From Oscillospiraceae bacterium (lineage in GTDB: Bacteria > Bacillota > Clostridia > Oscillospirales > Oscillospiraceae): a DNA stretch of 64,000 bases. The position numbers and the translations under genes were made by a program. Of this stretch, positions 10,740 through 20,229 are shown piece by piece. The notes beneath the pieces were generated by a model. The model searched no databases, was not told the DNA's origin, and saw only the letters and a list, made by a program, of their open reading frames with translations. The stretch spans positions 3,123,279-3,187,278 of the forward strand of contig AP025583.1 in assembly GCA_022846095.1 (NCBI GenBank). Reading direction: 5' to 3'. Numbering within the stretch: the stretch's first letter is position 1; the number at the start of each line of letters is the position of its first letter.

Positions 10740-11185
10740 GCCAGCCCTCCCAGGCGGCGGGAGATGCGCTTGCAGAGCACCACGGTGGTCCCCTTTCCGG
10801 GAATGGAGCGGATTTTCAGGTTGTCCATAAAGCTCTCCATGATGGTGAAGCCCATGCCGGAGCGCTCCTCGCTGCCGGTGGTGAAGAGGGGGGTGCGGGC
10901 CTGTTCCACGTCTCCGATGCCCACGCCCCAGTCCCGGACGGTAATCTCCAGGCTGTTGTCCGCCAGCAGCCTCATTTTCAGGCTCACCTTGCCCAGCCTG
11001 TCCGGGTAGGCGTGGACGATGCAGTTGGTCACCGCCTCGCTGACCGCCGTCTTGATGTCGTTCACCTCGTCCAGGGTGGGGTCCAGCTGGGCCGCGAAGC
11101 AGGCCGCCGCCGTGCGGGCAAAGCCCTCGTTGGCCGAGCGGCTGACAAAGGTGATCGCCGCCTCGTTGAGCACTTCTTTTTTCAT
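10736..11185 (-). CDS. spoIIAB: anti-sigma F factor SpoIIAB (HATPase-type serine kinase)
   Basis: ~149 aa with a GHKL ATPase motif (VTNCIVHAY ... GMGFTIM). Start MKKEVLNEA is preceded by GGGGGAA. Confidence 0.85.
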   Translation of the reverse strand: MKKEVLNEAAITFVSRSANEGFARTAAACFAAQLDPTLDEVNDIKTAVSEAVTNCIVHAYPDRLGKVSLKMRLLADNSLEITVRDWGVGIGDVEQARTPLFTTGSEERSGMGFTIMESFMDNLKIRSIPGKGTTVVLCKRISRRLGGLA

Positions 11186-11198
11186 ATGTACGTTCCCC

Positions 11199-11504
11199 CT
11201 ATTCAAACTTCATCAGCCGGTTGAGCCCCGCGGCCTTCAGCACCCGCGCCGCCTGGGCGGGCACGTTGGTCACGCGCACCGAACCGCCCAGCTCGCCCAG
11301 CCGCTTATAGGCCCGCAGCAGCACCGCGATGCCCGAGCTGTCCATAAAGCTCACGCCCCCCAGATCCAGCGTCAGTGAGCGGGGCAGCGCCGCGTCCACG
11401 CAGCGCTCCAGCTCCGCCATCATCTCCCTGGCCCCGTGGTGGTCCACCTCGCCGGACAGGTGCAGCGTCAGCGCCCGGTCCTCCCCCGTACAGGTCACTG
11501 CCAT
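11199..11504 (-). CDS. spoIIAA: anti-sigma factor antagonist SpoIIAA (STAS domain)
   Basis: ~101-aa STAS protein (MAVTCTGE...DLGGVSFMDSSGIAVLL). An AGGAGGG ribosome-binding site precedes the ATG at 11502-11504. The ORF-track entry 11199-12428 is an upstream over-extension. Confidence 0.85.
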   Translation of the reverse strand: MAVTCTGEDRALTLHLSGEVDHHGAREMMAELERCVDAALPRSLTLDLGGVSFMDSSGIAVLLRAYKRLGELGGSVRVTNVPAQAARVLKAAGLNRLMKFE

Positions 11505-11602
11505 AGCTTGTCCCTCCTGTTTTGACACAAAAAATCGCCATATACCAAAATATGGTATATGGCGATTATAGCGCATTGATCCCGGCTTTTTTGTCGAACC
11601 GG

Positions 11603-12433
11603 TTAATTGCAGAGGTAAAATTCGGTAAATAACCACTTGTCCCCCACCTGGACGTAGGGAAAATCGTGGGTTTCGCTGCCCACGGGGGCGTAGTCCTGCT
11701 CCGGGTCCAGCACCGGCACGGTGGCCCGGACCACGATACCGCCGTCCTGCCGCAGCACCTGGAGCGCCGCCGGGCCCCGGGTGGGGTCGGGCGCCTGCAC
11801 GCCCGGGTGCACGAAGAGCCGCCCGTCCACCTCCACGTACTGCTGCCCGCCGGCGGGGAGCAGCGCGTCCACAATCTCGTCGGAGAATAGGTTTTTCAGG
11901 TAGCCCCGCAGATCCGCCATGGCGGACAGGCCGGGATAATTTACGGGGTAGTACACCGTGCCGTCCACGTCCAGGGGCTCGTCCAGGTAGGGCAGGGTCT
12001 CCCGGTAGAACCAGCCGTAGGCCTCGCGGGCCTGCCGGTAGGCCTCCAGCACCTGCTCGTCCGTAGGCAGGGCGGGTTCCGGCTCCGGGGTGGGGCTGGG
12101 CGCGGCGGTGGGCACGGGCGTGGGGACGGGTTCGGGCTGGGGGACGGGCGTGGGCTCCGGCGTGGGGACAGGCTCCGGGGTGGGCATGGGCGCGGGGCGC
12201 ACCGCCACCGGCTCGCTGGGCTCCGGCGTGGGCGCGGGCTCCGGCTCCGGGGCGGGCGTGGGCGAGCTGAGCGGCGTCTCCACCGGCCCGGGCTCCGGCG
12301 TGGGCGCGGGCGCGGGGGTGCGCACCGGGGGCTGGCTGGGCGTGGCGGAGACCTCTTCCCGTCCGTTCAGGGAACACCCCGTTAAAATCAGGCAAAAAGC
12401 CAGCGCAAAGGCGGCGATTCGGTTCCATTTCAT
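11603..12433 (-). CDS. lipoprotein with Pro/Thr/Glu-rich linker and C-terminal globular domain (function unknown)
   Basis: Signal peptide plus lipobox (LILTGCS), a ~100-aa PEPT-rich low-complexity linker, and a ~150-aa C-terminal domain. AGGAGGG ribosome-binding site. Confidence 0.7.
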   Translation of the reverse strand: MKWNRIAAFALAFCLILTGCSLNGREEVSATPSQPPVRTPAPAPTPEPGPVETPLSSPTPAPEPEPAPTPEPSEPVAVRPAPMPTPEPVPTPEPTPVPQPEPVPTPVPTAAPSPTPEPEPALPTDEQVLEAYRQAREAYGWFYRETLPYLDEPLDVDGTVYYPVNYPGLSAMADLRGYLKNLFSDEIVDALLPAGGQQYVEVDGRLFVHPGVQAPDPTRGPAALQVLRQDGGIVVRATVPVLDPEQDYAPVGSETHDFPYVQVGDKWLFTEFYLCN

Positions 12434-12576
12434 AGGCGTTGCCCTCCTAAGTATCTATTGTATCCATTCCTATGCCGCTTCACAACTACAGATGAATTAC
12501 AAATGATGACAAAAGAGGCCGGGAAATAGACAGCACCCCGCCGCGGTGCTATGCTTTACGGGAGGTGCTGCGCCCG

Positions 12577-13738
12577 ATGAAAAAACAACTTTTATGGATT
12601 TTGTCCATCCTTTTCCTGCTCGGCGGCTGTAAGGCGGCCCCCGGTTCAGACTCCAAGCCCCACAATGGCCGCACCCACCCCCGCGCCGGAGCCCACCCCC
12701 CTGTCCGACCCGGACGTGGCCTGCGACGAGACGGACCTGGCGCAGTGGCAGAAGGCCTATTTGGCCTTTCTGCGGGAGCTCTGCGCCCGGGAGGCCCCCA
12801 TCCGGCGGGCCAACGGGGGAGCGCTCTTTTTTGACGGGGACCCCCAGCTGAGCAGCAGCTACGCCCTCTACGACATCGACAAGGACGGGGTGCCCGAGCT
12901 GTTCCTGGAATACGGCTCCACCGCCACCGAGGTATACACCATGCGGGACGGGGCGGCGGTGCTCTGTCCGGGGGAGGAGCTGTATTTAAAGAGCGCCAGC
13001 CTGTACACCTGGCCGGGGGAGAACGGGGTGCTCTTCCGCTGGGGCCGCATGGGCGGGGCGTTTATGAACAAAATCAGCCTGGTGGACGGGGTGCTGGTGA
13101 CCCAGGCAAATATATTTACGGAGGGGTACGCGGCGGGCTCCGAGGCCGTGGAGGATTACACCGAGCCGTGCCAGGTGGTGCCCGGCTCAGAGTACATCGA
13201 TCCGGACCGCACCTTCGTCACGCTGCCCGGCTGCGCCCCCCTGGCCCTGCCCATCTACCGGTACGGGCTGGAGCAGCCCCTCCCCACCGCCTGCGCCGGG
13301 GATACCCGCGCCGCCATCGGGGCGGTGCTGGCCGGGCGGCGGCCCCTGTACGGCGTGAGCGGGGACGGCTTCGATGGGGACACGGGCTGGCTCACCCTTG
13401 AGGAGTACTGCCGGCCGGGGGTTGCCAGCCGCTACGCCAAGCTGCCCCTGCGGCTGGAGGAAAAATACTGGCTGGATCTGAACGGGGACGGGCAGGAGGA
13501 GTGCGTCCTCCGACTCCGGGAGGAGGGGGACGGCGGCCTCTCCCCCTTCGTGATCCTCAGCTGTCAGGACGGTGTGGTGTACGCCTACTGCATCAATTAC
13601 ACCTCGGAGAGCGTACTGCGGCAGGACGGGAGCTTCTCCGCGGGCGGGTGGTGCTTCAGCCTATCCTTTTGGAAAAACCAGTGCACGCAGATCAACCGCC
13701 TCTACGTCCCCGGCGCGCCCCCCGCCGCACAGGAGTAA
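12577..13738 (+). pseudogene. putative lipoprotein gene with an apparent -1/+1 frameshift between signal peptide and mature domain
   Basis: Frame 1 encodes the lipoprotein signal MKKQLLWILSILFLLGGCKAAP (GGGAGGTG ribosome-binding site) and then terminates at 12834. Frame 2 is open across the same stretch and continues as a natural Pro-rich linker (PVQTPSPTMAAPTPAPEPTPL...) into a 357-aa body ending at 13738. The switch point maps to a C5 homopolymer at 12637-12641. Confidence 0.55.
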
Positions 13739-13851
13739 AGCCGCTTTTCCCCCTTTTATTGAGCAAATGAATGGACAAGGGGCGTTTGTCATGCTATTCT
13801 AAATACAGGCCCAACAGGCCCGTATACAGTTCAAAACGGAAAGGAGACGGC

Positions 13852-14232
13852 ATGGCGTTGAATATCAATATGGAGCAGTATTGGAAGGCTGTCGTCGCAA
13901 AGGACGCGGCTGCCCTCCGGGCGTTCTTCACCCCGGACGCCTGCATTAAATGGCACAACACCAACGAGCAGTTTACCCTGGAGGAGTATATCCGCGCAAA
14001 CTGCGAATATCCCGGCGAGTGGGTGGGCGAGATCGAGCGGCTGGAGGACGCGGGGCGCTGTATCATATCGGTGGCCCGGGTCCAGAGCGAGAACGGCGCC
14101 GTCGCCTTCCACTGCATCTCGTTTATGACCCTGGAGGACGGCAGAATCAAGACCATGGACGAATACTGGGGGGACGACGGCCCCGCGCCCTGGTGGCGCC
14201 AGGAGAAGGAGATCGGCTCCCCCATCCGGTAA
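13852..14232 (+). CDS. NTF2-like / SnoaL-like small protein
   Basis: 126 aa. Start MALNINMEQYW is preceded by AAAGGAGACGG. Size and composition fit the NTF2-like fold (weak call). Confidence 0.5.
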   Translation: MALNINMEQYWKAVVAKDAAALRAFFTPDACIKWHNTNEQFTLEEYIRANCEYPGEWVGEIERLEDAGRCIISVARVQSENGAVAFHCISFMTLEDGRIKTMDEYWGDDGPAPWWRQEKEIGSPIR

Positions 14233-14261
14233 CGCCGGCCGAACCACCCGAACATAGCCTC

Positions 14262-14298
14262 CAAAAAACGCGGCGCCGGCTTAATGCCGGCGCCGCGT
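14262..14298. terminator. bidirectional rho-independent terminator
   Basis: Perfect palindrome aaaacgcggcgccggc-ttaa-tgccggcgccgcgtttt. Confidence 0.7.
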
Positions 14299-14342
14299 TT
14301 TATCAGCCAGGGGCGATAGATTGAACGAATTGATGCCTGCTG

Positions 14343-14603
14343 TTATGCATCCCGTTTTCTGGAGGCCCGGCCTCCGGCGGCGGGATTCTTTGCTTGCAAA
14401 GAACCCCGGGAAGAAACAACCAGGGCCTGCGGGCCCTGGACCCGGGGCCCCGCGGCGGTGGGGTTCAGGTAACCCGTAAAACCTGAAAGCGCTCAGGGCT
14501 CGGTTCGGCCTGTGCCCGTTGGTAGTAGGGCTGCCGCCCCTGCGGCACATGACCCACCCAGACTTGGTAATAGTTGCGGTTCAATGGGTGCCTAAAAAGC
14601 CGC
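14343..14603 (-). repeat. ~260-bp GC-rich structured repeat element, copy B (inverted partner of 6237-6497)
   Basis: Reverse complement aligns end-to-end with 6237-6497 at about 90% identity. A smaller hairpin motif (cattgcgag...ggcaatc) also recurs next to both copies, at 6500-6555 and 14610-14660. Confidence 0.8.
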
Positions 14604-14678
14604 ACGGACTGCCATGCCCCGTTCCCGTCATTGCGAGGGCCGCAGGCCCGCGGCAATCCGTCTTCTCCCCCCCGCCCT

Positions 14679-14939
14679 TTAACGCTCACGCCACGCCCTG
14701 CACTGCTCAATCCGCTTCCCGCCGTCGCCCTGCTCCGCGTCGTAGCTGAACTGGTGCAGCAGGGCGCAGGGGAAGTCCGGGCACAGCCCGCAGTGCTCCA
14801 GACCCCTGCCCTCGCAGCAGGCCTTCACCGGGCAGCTCTCCCCCCAGAACGGCCTGTCGATGTTCACGCAGCCCTTGCAGCCCGTCTGCTCCCTGTACCC
14901 ACATTCGCCGCACAGGATCCCGCATCTGGATTCCACCAT
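14679..14939 (-). CDS. DUF3795-like cysteine-rich (putative zinc-binding) protein
   Basis: 86 aa with 13 Cys in CG.C..C...C..C...CP...CC...C..CP.FPC spacing, characteristic of the DUF3795 family. Confidence 0.55.
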   Translation of the reverse strand: MVESRCGILCGECGYREQTGCKGCVNIDRPFWGESCPVKACCEGRGLEHCGLCPDFPCALLHQFSYDAEQGDGGKRIEQCRAWRER

Positions 14940-14997
14940 ATTGCACGCCTCCTTTTTTGAATAAGGATAGCACGGGCAACAGGACAGCTGTATGTCA

Positions 14998-15897
14998 TCA
15001 TTCGGCGTAAAAGTTCAAACTCTTTTCCAGCCGCGCCCGCAGCTCCCCCCGCAGCGCCCGCGGCTCCAGAAGCTCGGCCCGGTCCCCGAAGCCCAGCACC
15101 CACGTTATGAGGTACTCCCGGTCCGTAAAGGGGAGAGCGACGCGCAGCCGCCCGTCCGGCAGGGTCTCATAGCAGTCCGGGCCGTACTCCTCGACGAGGC
15201 GGTATTTTACCCGCCCGTCGAACAGGATCACCGCCCGGATTTTCTCGGAGAAGCGCCCGTGAAAGTCCAGCGCCTCTTCTGGGATTTCTCGCGCCTCAAA
15301 GGGCTCCTGCGTGCTGCGCAGGCCCCAGAGCCGGTTGAGCTTGAACAGCCGGAAGGCCGCCCGCGCCCCGTCGTACCCCAGCACGTACCAGTTCGACCAC
15401 TGGAACACGATGAGGCAGGGCTCCAAAACCACCTCCCGCTCGCCGCCCGCGCTGCAGTAGGAAAAGCCGATCTTCGTCCCGCCGTCGATGGCCCGCCGGA
15501 TGGCCTCAATCTTGGGGGCCAGGGTGTCCTTATAGTGGGAGGAGAGGTCGATCAGGATGTGGCCCCCCGCGTCCAGCCCGCTTTTCCCGAACTTTTCGGC
15601 GATGCCGCGGTAGTTCCTGTCCTGCGCCACGCTGTCCAGCCCGGCCAGCCCGGTGAAAATATCCCGCAGCTCCTCCTGGGTAAAGACGGTCTTGTCGATC
15701 CTGTACCCGTCGGCCAGGGTGATCCCGCCGTTGGCCCCCTGGAGGGTGACCACCGGGACGCCCGCCCGGCAAATATCCTCCACGTCCCGGCTGATGGTGC
15801 GCTTGGACACCTCAAAGCGCTGGGCCAGATAGGCGGCGGTCACTTTTTCCCGCTGTAACAGCACCGTGATGATGCCGATCAGCCTGTCGATTTTCAT
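14998..15897 (-). CDS. YafY-family transcriptional regulator (HTH + WYL domain)
   Basis: N-terminal HTH (MKIDRLIGIITVLLQREKVTAAYLAQRFEVSKRTISRDVEDI) followed by WYL-type and C-terminal domains. Start at MKIDRL, not the ORF-track upstream M. Confidence 0.75.
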   Translation of the reverse strand: MKIDRLIGIITVLLQREKVTAAYLAQRFEVSKRTISRDVEDICRAGVPVVTLQGANGGITLADGYRIDKTVFTQEELRDIFTGLAGLDSVAQDRNYRGIAEKFGKSGLDAGGHILIDLSSHYKDTLAPKIEAIRRAIDGGTKIGFSYCSAGGEREVVLEPCLIVFQWSNWYVLGYDGARAAFRLFKLNRLWGLRSTQEPFEAREIPEEALDFHGRFSEKIRAVILFDGRVKYRLVEEYGPDCYETLPDGRLRVALPFTDREYLITWVLGFGDRAELLEPRALRGELRARLEKSLNFYAE

Positions 15898-15961
15898 GCC
15901 CCGGTCCCCTTCCTTAAAAGAGGAGCGCGGCACGGCTTCCGCCGTGCCGCGCTCCTTGTCT

Positions 15962-18604
15962 TTACATACCCGCCAGCTGGCCCTCCAGCTTGGCGATGAG
16001 GGCGGACAGCTTGGCCTCCCGCTCCCGCTCGGCCTCCACCACGCTGGCGGGGGCCTTGTTCACGAAGCCGGGGTTGCCCAGCTTGGCGCTGAGCTTGGCC
16101 AGCTCCGCCCGGTTCTTGCCCAGCTCCTTTTCGATCCGGGCGCGCTCCTTCTCCAGGTCCACCAGGTCGGCCAGGGGCATGGAGATCCGCGCGGCGTGGG
16201 TCACGATGGAGACGGTGCCCGCCTCGTCCGCCGCCGCGTCGGACGCCCCGGTCACCTCCACCTCGCCGGCGTAGGCCAGGCGCTTGAGGAAGGGCACGCC
16301 CTGCCGGAAGATCCCCTCCTCCACCGTGGAGATTGTGAGGGCCGCCTTCCGGGAGGGGGGCACGTTCATCTCGGCCCTGCGGGTCCGGATGGCCCGGATG
16401 GCGTCCATAATCAGCTCCATGGCCTTCTCCTCCTCGGGGAAGTCCAATCCGGCGCAATACTCCGGCCACTGCTGGAGCATGAGGAAGTCGCCCTCGTGCG
16501 GCAGGGCCTGCCAGATCTCCTCGGTGATGAAGGGCATGAAGGGGTGCAGCAGCTTGAGGGTCTGGGTGAGCACGTAGCACAGCACCTGCTGCGCCCGCTC
16601 CTTGGCCCCCGCGTCCTCCCCCTGGAGGCGGGACTTGGTCAGCTCGATATACCAGTCGCAGTAGTCGTCCCAGATGAAGTCGTAGATCTTCTGGGCGGCC
16701 ACGCCCAGCTCGTAGCGGTCCATGTTCTCGGTGATGGCGGGGATGGCCGCGTTGAGCTTGGAGAGGATCCACTTGTCCTCCAGCTCCAGCCGGTCGGGCA
16801 GCTCGCACTTGTCGATGGTCAGGTTCATCATCAAAAAGCGGCTGGCGTTCCAGATCTTGTTGGCGAAATTGCGCATGGCCTCGCACCGGCCGGGGAGGAA
16901 GCGCATGTCGTTGCCGGGGGAGTTGCCGGTAATGAGGTTGAAGCGCAGCGCGTCCGCGCCGTACTGCTCCGCCATCTCCAGCGGGTCGATGCCGTTGCCC
17001 AGGGATTTGGACATCTTGCGGCCCTTGTCGTCCCGCACCAGCCCGTGGATGAACACGGTGTGGAAGGGGGGCTTGCCGGTGTGCTCGCAGCCGGAGAAGA
17101 TCATCCGGGCCACCCAGAAGAAGATGATGTCGTAGGCGGTGACCAGCACGTCGGTGGGGTAGAAGTACTTAAAATCCTCGGCGTTTTCATCCGGCCAGCC
17201 CAGGGTGGAGAAGGGCCACAGGGCGGAGGAGAACCAGGTGTCCAGCACGTCCTCCTCCTGGTGGATGTTGTGGGAGTGGCAGTGGGCGCACTCGGTGGGG
17301 TCGGTCTCGGACACGGTCATTTTCCCGCAGTCGTCGCAGGTCCAGGCCGGGATGCGGTGGCCCCACCAGAGCTGGCGGGAGATGCACCAGTCGTGGACGT
17401 TCTCCATCCAGTTGGTGTAAATCTTGGAGAAGCGGTCGGGGACGAATTTCAGCTCCCCGTCGTTCACCACCCGCAGGGCCTCCTGGGCCAGGGGCTCCAT
17501 CTTCACGAACCACTGGGCGGAGATCAGCGGCTCCACGTCGGTGCCGCAGCGGTAGCAGGTGCCCACGTTGTGCACGTGCTCCTCGGTCTTTTCCAGCAGG
17601 CCCAGCGCCTCCAGGTCGGCCAGAATCACCTTGCGGGCCTCGTAGCGGTCCAGGCCCTGGTACTTGCCGCCCAGGGCGTTGATCTTCCCGTCGTCGTCCA
17701 GCACCCGGATGGACTCCAGGTTGTGCCTGAGGCCCACCTCGAAGTCGTTGGGGTCGTGGGCGGGGGTCATCTTCACGCAGCCGGTGCCGAATGCCATGTC
17801 CACGTACTCGTCGGCCACGATGGGGATCTCCCGGTCCATCAGGGGCAGGATGCAGGTCTTGCCCACCAGGTCCGTGTAGCGCGCGTCGTTGGGGTTGACC
17901 GCCACGCCGGAGTCGCCCAGCATGGTCTCGGGCCGGGTGGTGGCCACCACCACGTACCGCCCCGGCTCCCCCTTCACGGGGTATTTCAGGTGCCACAGGT
18001 GGCCGGGCTTCTCCTGGTACTCCACCTCCGCGTCGCTCAGGGCGGTGGTGCAGTGGGGGCACCAGTTGATGATCCGGCTGCCCTTGTAGATAAGGCCCTT
18101 CTCGTACAGGGACACGAACACGTGCCGCACCGCGTCGGACAGGCCGTCGTCCATGGTGAAGCGGGCCCGGGACCAGTCGCAGGACGCGCCCAGCTTCTTC
18201 TGCTGCTGCACGATGCGCCCGCCGTACTTGGCCTTCCAGTCCCACACCCGCTCCAGGAATTTCTCCCGGCCCAGGTCGTAGCGGGTGAGGCCCTCCTCCT
18301 GGCGCAATGCCTCCTCCACCTTGATCTGGGTGGCGATGCCCGCGTGGTCGGTGCCGGGCACCCACAGCGCGGCGTACCCCTGCATGCGTTTGAAGCGGGT
18401 CAGGATGTCCTGCACGGTGCAGTCCATGGCGTGGCCCATGTGCAGCTGCCCCGTCACGTTGGGGGGCGGCATCACGATGGTAAACGGCTTCTTGTCCGGG
18501 TCGCGGCGGCCCTCAAAGCAGCCGCTCTTCTCCCACATCTCGTAAATACGGCCCTCAACCTCCTGGGGTTCGTATGCCTTCGGCAGTTCCTTTGCCATGT
18601 TCAT
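15962..18604 (-). CDS. valS: valine--tRNA ligase
   Basis: 880 aa. Class I HIGH motif ([15 protein letters not shown]) and KMSKS motif (KMSKSLGN). Editing domain and C-terminal coiled-coil are present. Confidence 0.95.
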   Translation of the reverse strand: MNMAKELPKAYEPQEVEGRIYEMWEKSGCFEGRRDPDKKPFTIVMPPPNVTGQLHMGHAMDCTVQDILTRFKRMQGYAALWVPGTDHAGIATQIKVEEALRQEEGLTRYDLGREKFLERVWDWKAKYGGRIVQQQKKLGASCDWSRARFTMDDGLSDAVRHVFVSLYEKGLIYKGSRIINWCPHCTTALSDAEVEYQEKPGHLWHLKYPVKGEPGRYVVVATTRPETMLGDSGVAVNPNDARYTDLVGKTCILPLMDREIPIVADEYVDMAFGTGCVKMTPAHDPNDFEVGLRHNLESIRVLDDDGKINALGGKYQGLDRYEARKVILADLEALGLLEKTEEHVHNVGTCYRCGTDVEPLISAQWFVKMEPLAQEALRVVNDGELKFVPDRFSKIYTNWMENVHDWCISRQLWWGHRIPAWTCDDCGKMTVSETDPTECAHCHSHNIHQEEDVLDTWFSSALWPFSTLGWPDENAEDFKYFYPTDVLVTAYDIIFFWVARMIFSGCEHTGKPPFHTVFIHGLVRDDKGRKMSKSLGNGIDPLEMAEQYGADALRFNLITGNSPGNDMRFLPGRCEAMRNFANKIWNASRFLMMNLTIDKCELPDRLELEDKWILSKLNAAIPAITENMDRYELGVAAQKIYDFIWDDYCDWYIELTKSRLQGEDAGAKERAQQVLCYVLTQTLKLLHPFMPFITEEIWQALPHEGDFLMLQQWPEYCAGLDFPEEEKAMELIMDAIRAIRTRRAEMNVPPSRKAALTISTVEEGIFRQGVPFLKRLAYAGEVEVTGASDAAADEAGTVSIVTHAARISMPLADLVDLEKERARIEKELGKNRAELAKLSAKLGNPGFVNKAPASVVEAEREREAKLSALIAKLEGQLAGM

Positions 18605-18630
18605 TCACTCCTAAATCGTCTCGCCCTGCG

Positions 18631-19155
18631 CTAACGGCAGGCGGTCATTTCCTTGTCCGTGCGCCCGGCCAGAAAGGCGCGGAATTCCTCCGCCGTGCCC
18701 TGGGTAAAGCCCTGCTTGTCCAGGATAAAGCCGGTGCGCGCGTCCATGAAGAGGAAGAAGTACGCCCCGCTCTCGCACAGGGCGTAGATCTGGTTGTAGC
18801 CGTGCTTCTCGCTGGCCTTGCCGTCGGTGAGGGCGAAGCCCTCGTCCACGAAGGTGTAGGTGATCTCGGGGGCCTCCCCCTTCCTGCCCCGCCCGGCCTG
18901 CCAGGCCGCGAAGCGGGTGTAGCATATTCCCAGCGCCACGAAGAGCACGCCCAGCACCACGCCCAGCACCCGGAAGGCCGTGGGGGGGTCCCCGCCCGCC
19001 ATGGCCACGCCCGTGGTGACCAGGAACACCGCGCCGATGATGACGAAGGTCAGGCGGGTGAACAGGTTCTTCCGCCTGGCCACCGTGGCGGCCGCCGCGT
19101 GCTGGAACGCGCTGATCGCCCGGCCGTCCGTGCGGGTTTTGACTTCAAATCTCAT
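18631..19155 (-). CDS. small membrane protein (YcxB-like), co-transcribed upstream of valS
   Basis: 174 aa with two TM helices. A strong GGAGGTG ribosome-binding site precedes the ATG at 19153-19155. It sits between the T-box leader and valS. Confidence 0.65.
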   Translation of the reverse strand: MRFEVKTRTDGRAISAFQHAAAATVARRKNLFTRLTFVIIGAVFLVTTGVAMAGGDPPTAFRVLGVVLGVLFVALGICYTRFAAWQAGRGRKGEAPEITYTFVDEGFALTDGKASEKHGYNQIYALCESGAYFFLFMDARTGFILDKQGFTQGTAEEFRAFLAGRTDKEMTACR

Positions 19156-19169
19156 TTTGCACCTCCGAA

Positions 19170-19440
19170 AAGTTTTGTTGAAAAAAACGCCCTGAGCCGT
19201 CGGCTCAGGGCGAAATCAATCCGTGGTACCACCTGAATTCGGGCATTCGCCCGCACTCGTAAGCGTCCGTAACGCGGACGTGGCGCCGGGGCTTGCCGCA
19301 GCTGGGCTCCGGGGCTCAGGGACGACCTTCCGCGCGCTTCCGGGAGGCCTTGCACCAAACCGGCCCCTCTCTGTACCTTGCCACGCGCGTACTGCTTCCC
19401 ATCCTCGCCTTTTGCAGTATAACTTTCATTAGTATATGCA
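19170..19440 (-). promoter_or_regulatory. T-box riboswitch leader (tRNA-sensing antiterminator) for the membrane-protein-valS operon
   Basis: On the minus strand: an AGAGA-containing stem I region, then the conserved T-box sequence aattcaGGTGGTACCACGG, then a terminator gccctgagccgacggctcagggc plus U7. A candidate Val specifier GUC lies in ...ggaagGUCgtcc. A candidate promoter sits at about 19405-19445. Confidence 0.75.
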
Positions 19441-19572
19441 AAGGCGGGAAAAATGTCAAGGACAATCGCGATTTGGCCCATTTCCGGCGAGGGGCTTGGT
19501 AAGCATCGGGCAATATGCTATAATCACGATAAAGCTGGCGAATCTCAAATGAGAGAGAATGGGCGGGTGGAG

Positions 19573-20178
19573 ATGAAAGAGATTATTCGCTTTTTTGAGG
19601 CGAACGTGAATGGCAAAACGCTGTATACAAAGGAATTGGTATACGAACTGGAGCATGGCGCGTTGCAGGGCGTTTACTCTGATCAAATATCCTTTTCCAA
19701 TCTGAAGTATTCGCAAAGTGGTTTTCAGCTGGATATGTTTATTGTATCCAACGAAAAGATCTGGCTCCTGGGCGCGGGTGGACAGCGGGAGGAGCTGCGA
19801 AAAGACTTCAGCGGCGTATCCCTGTTCCGTTTTGAATTGGCGCAGAGAAAAAGCACAAATGATGTGACCGGCTGTTTTCGGTTCATTTCCGCTTCAGGAA
19901 AAAATGTGGCGGCAGAGGCTGTCGTAAGCGGTATTTATGATGTTCGGCTTGATAACGGTGTGCTGAAATTATCGGAAGATCAGGTTTTGTACCGGGATCA
20001 GCCGGTACAGGGCGGGCGGTTCAAGCCAGTTTCATTTCAATCGGAGCATCGTTTTTATGTAAAGGACGAAAAGCTGCATTACGAATATGATGGAACGTCT
20101 TTTGACGTTGACACAAAAACCATGCGGCGACGAGACAGCGCTGATGCCTTTCCCCCGTTTATTTCAATCGAGCGGTAA
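19573..20178 (+). CDS. hypothetical protein (no recognisable family), located in a low-GC islet
   Basis: ORF with a GGGTGGAG ribosome-binding site before MKEIIRFF. Local G+C is visibly lower than flanking DNA (~45% vs ~65%). Confidence 0.5.
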   Translation: MKEIIRFFEANVNGKTLYTKELVYELEHGALQGVYSDQISFSNLKYSQSGFQLDMFIVSNEKIWLLGAGGQREELRKDFSGVSLFRFELAQRKSTNDVTGCFRFISASGKNVAAEAVVSGIYDVRLDNGVLKLSEDQVLYRDQPVQGGRFKPVSFQSEHRFYVKDEKLHYEYDGTSFDVDTKTMRRRDSADAFPPFISIER

Positions 20179-20229
20179 TCCATATTCCATAAAAACACGG
20201 CGGCGATTTCAAATTTGAGGAGTAAATGC

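Noticed and set aside
11199-12428. 409-aa ORF-track entry
   Set aside because: Over-extension upstream of the real 101-aa spoIIAA. The extension is Ala/Gly/Arg/Pro-rich and antisense to the lipoprotein gene 11603-12433.
6237-14603. Inverted repeats as termini of a composite transposon or genomic island
   Set aside because: No transposase or integrase lies between them. The interval contains the core sporulation sigF operon and no target-site duplication is visible. Treated as copies of a structured repeat family, but retained as a finding.
15866-18634. 922-aa plus-strand ORF
   Set aside because: Antisense to valS, which has unmistakable HIGH/KMSKS motifs. Its product is an Ala/Gly/Val/His-rich nonsense sequence.
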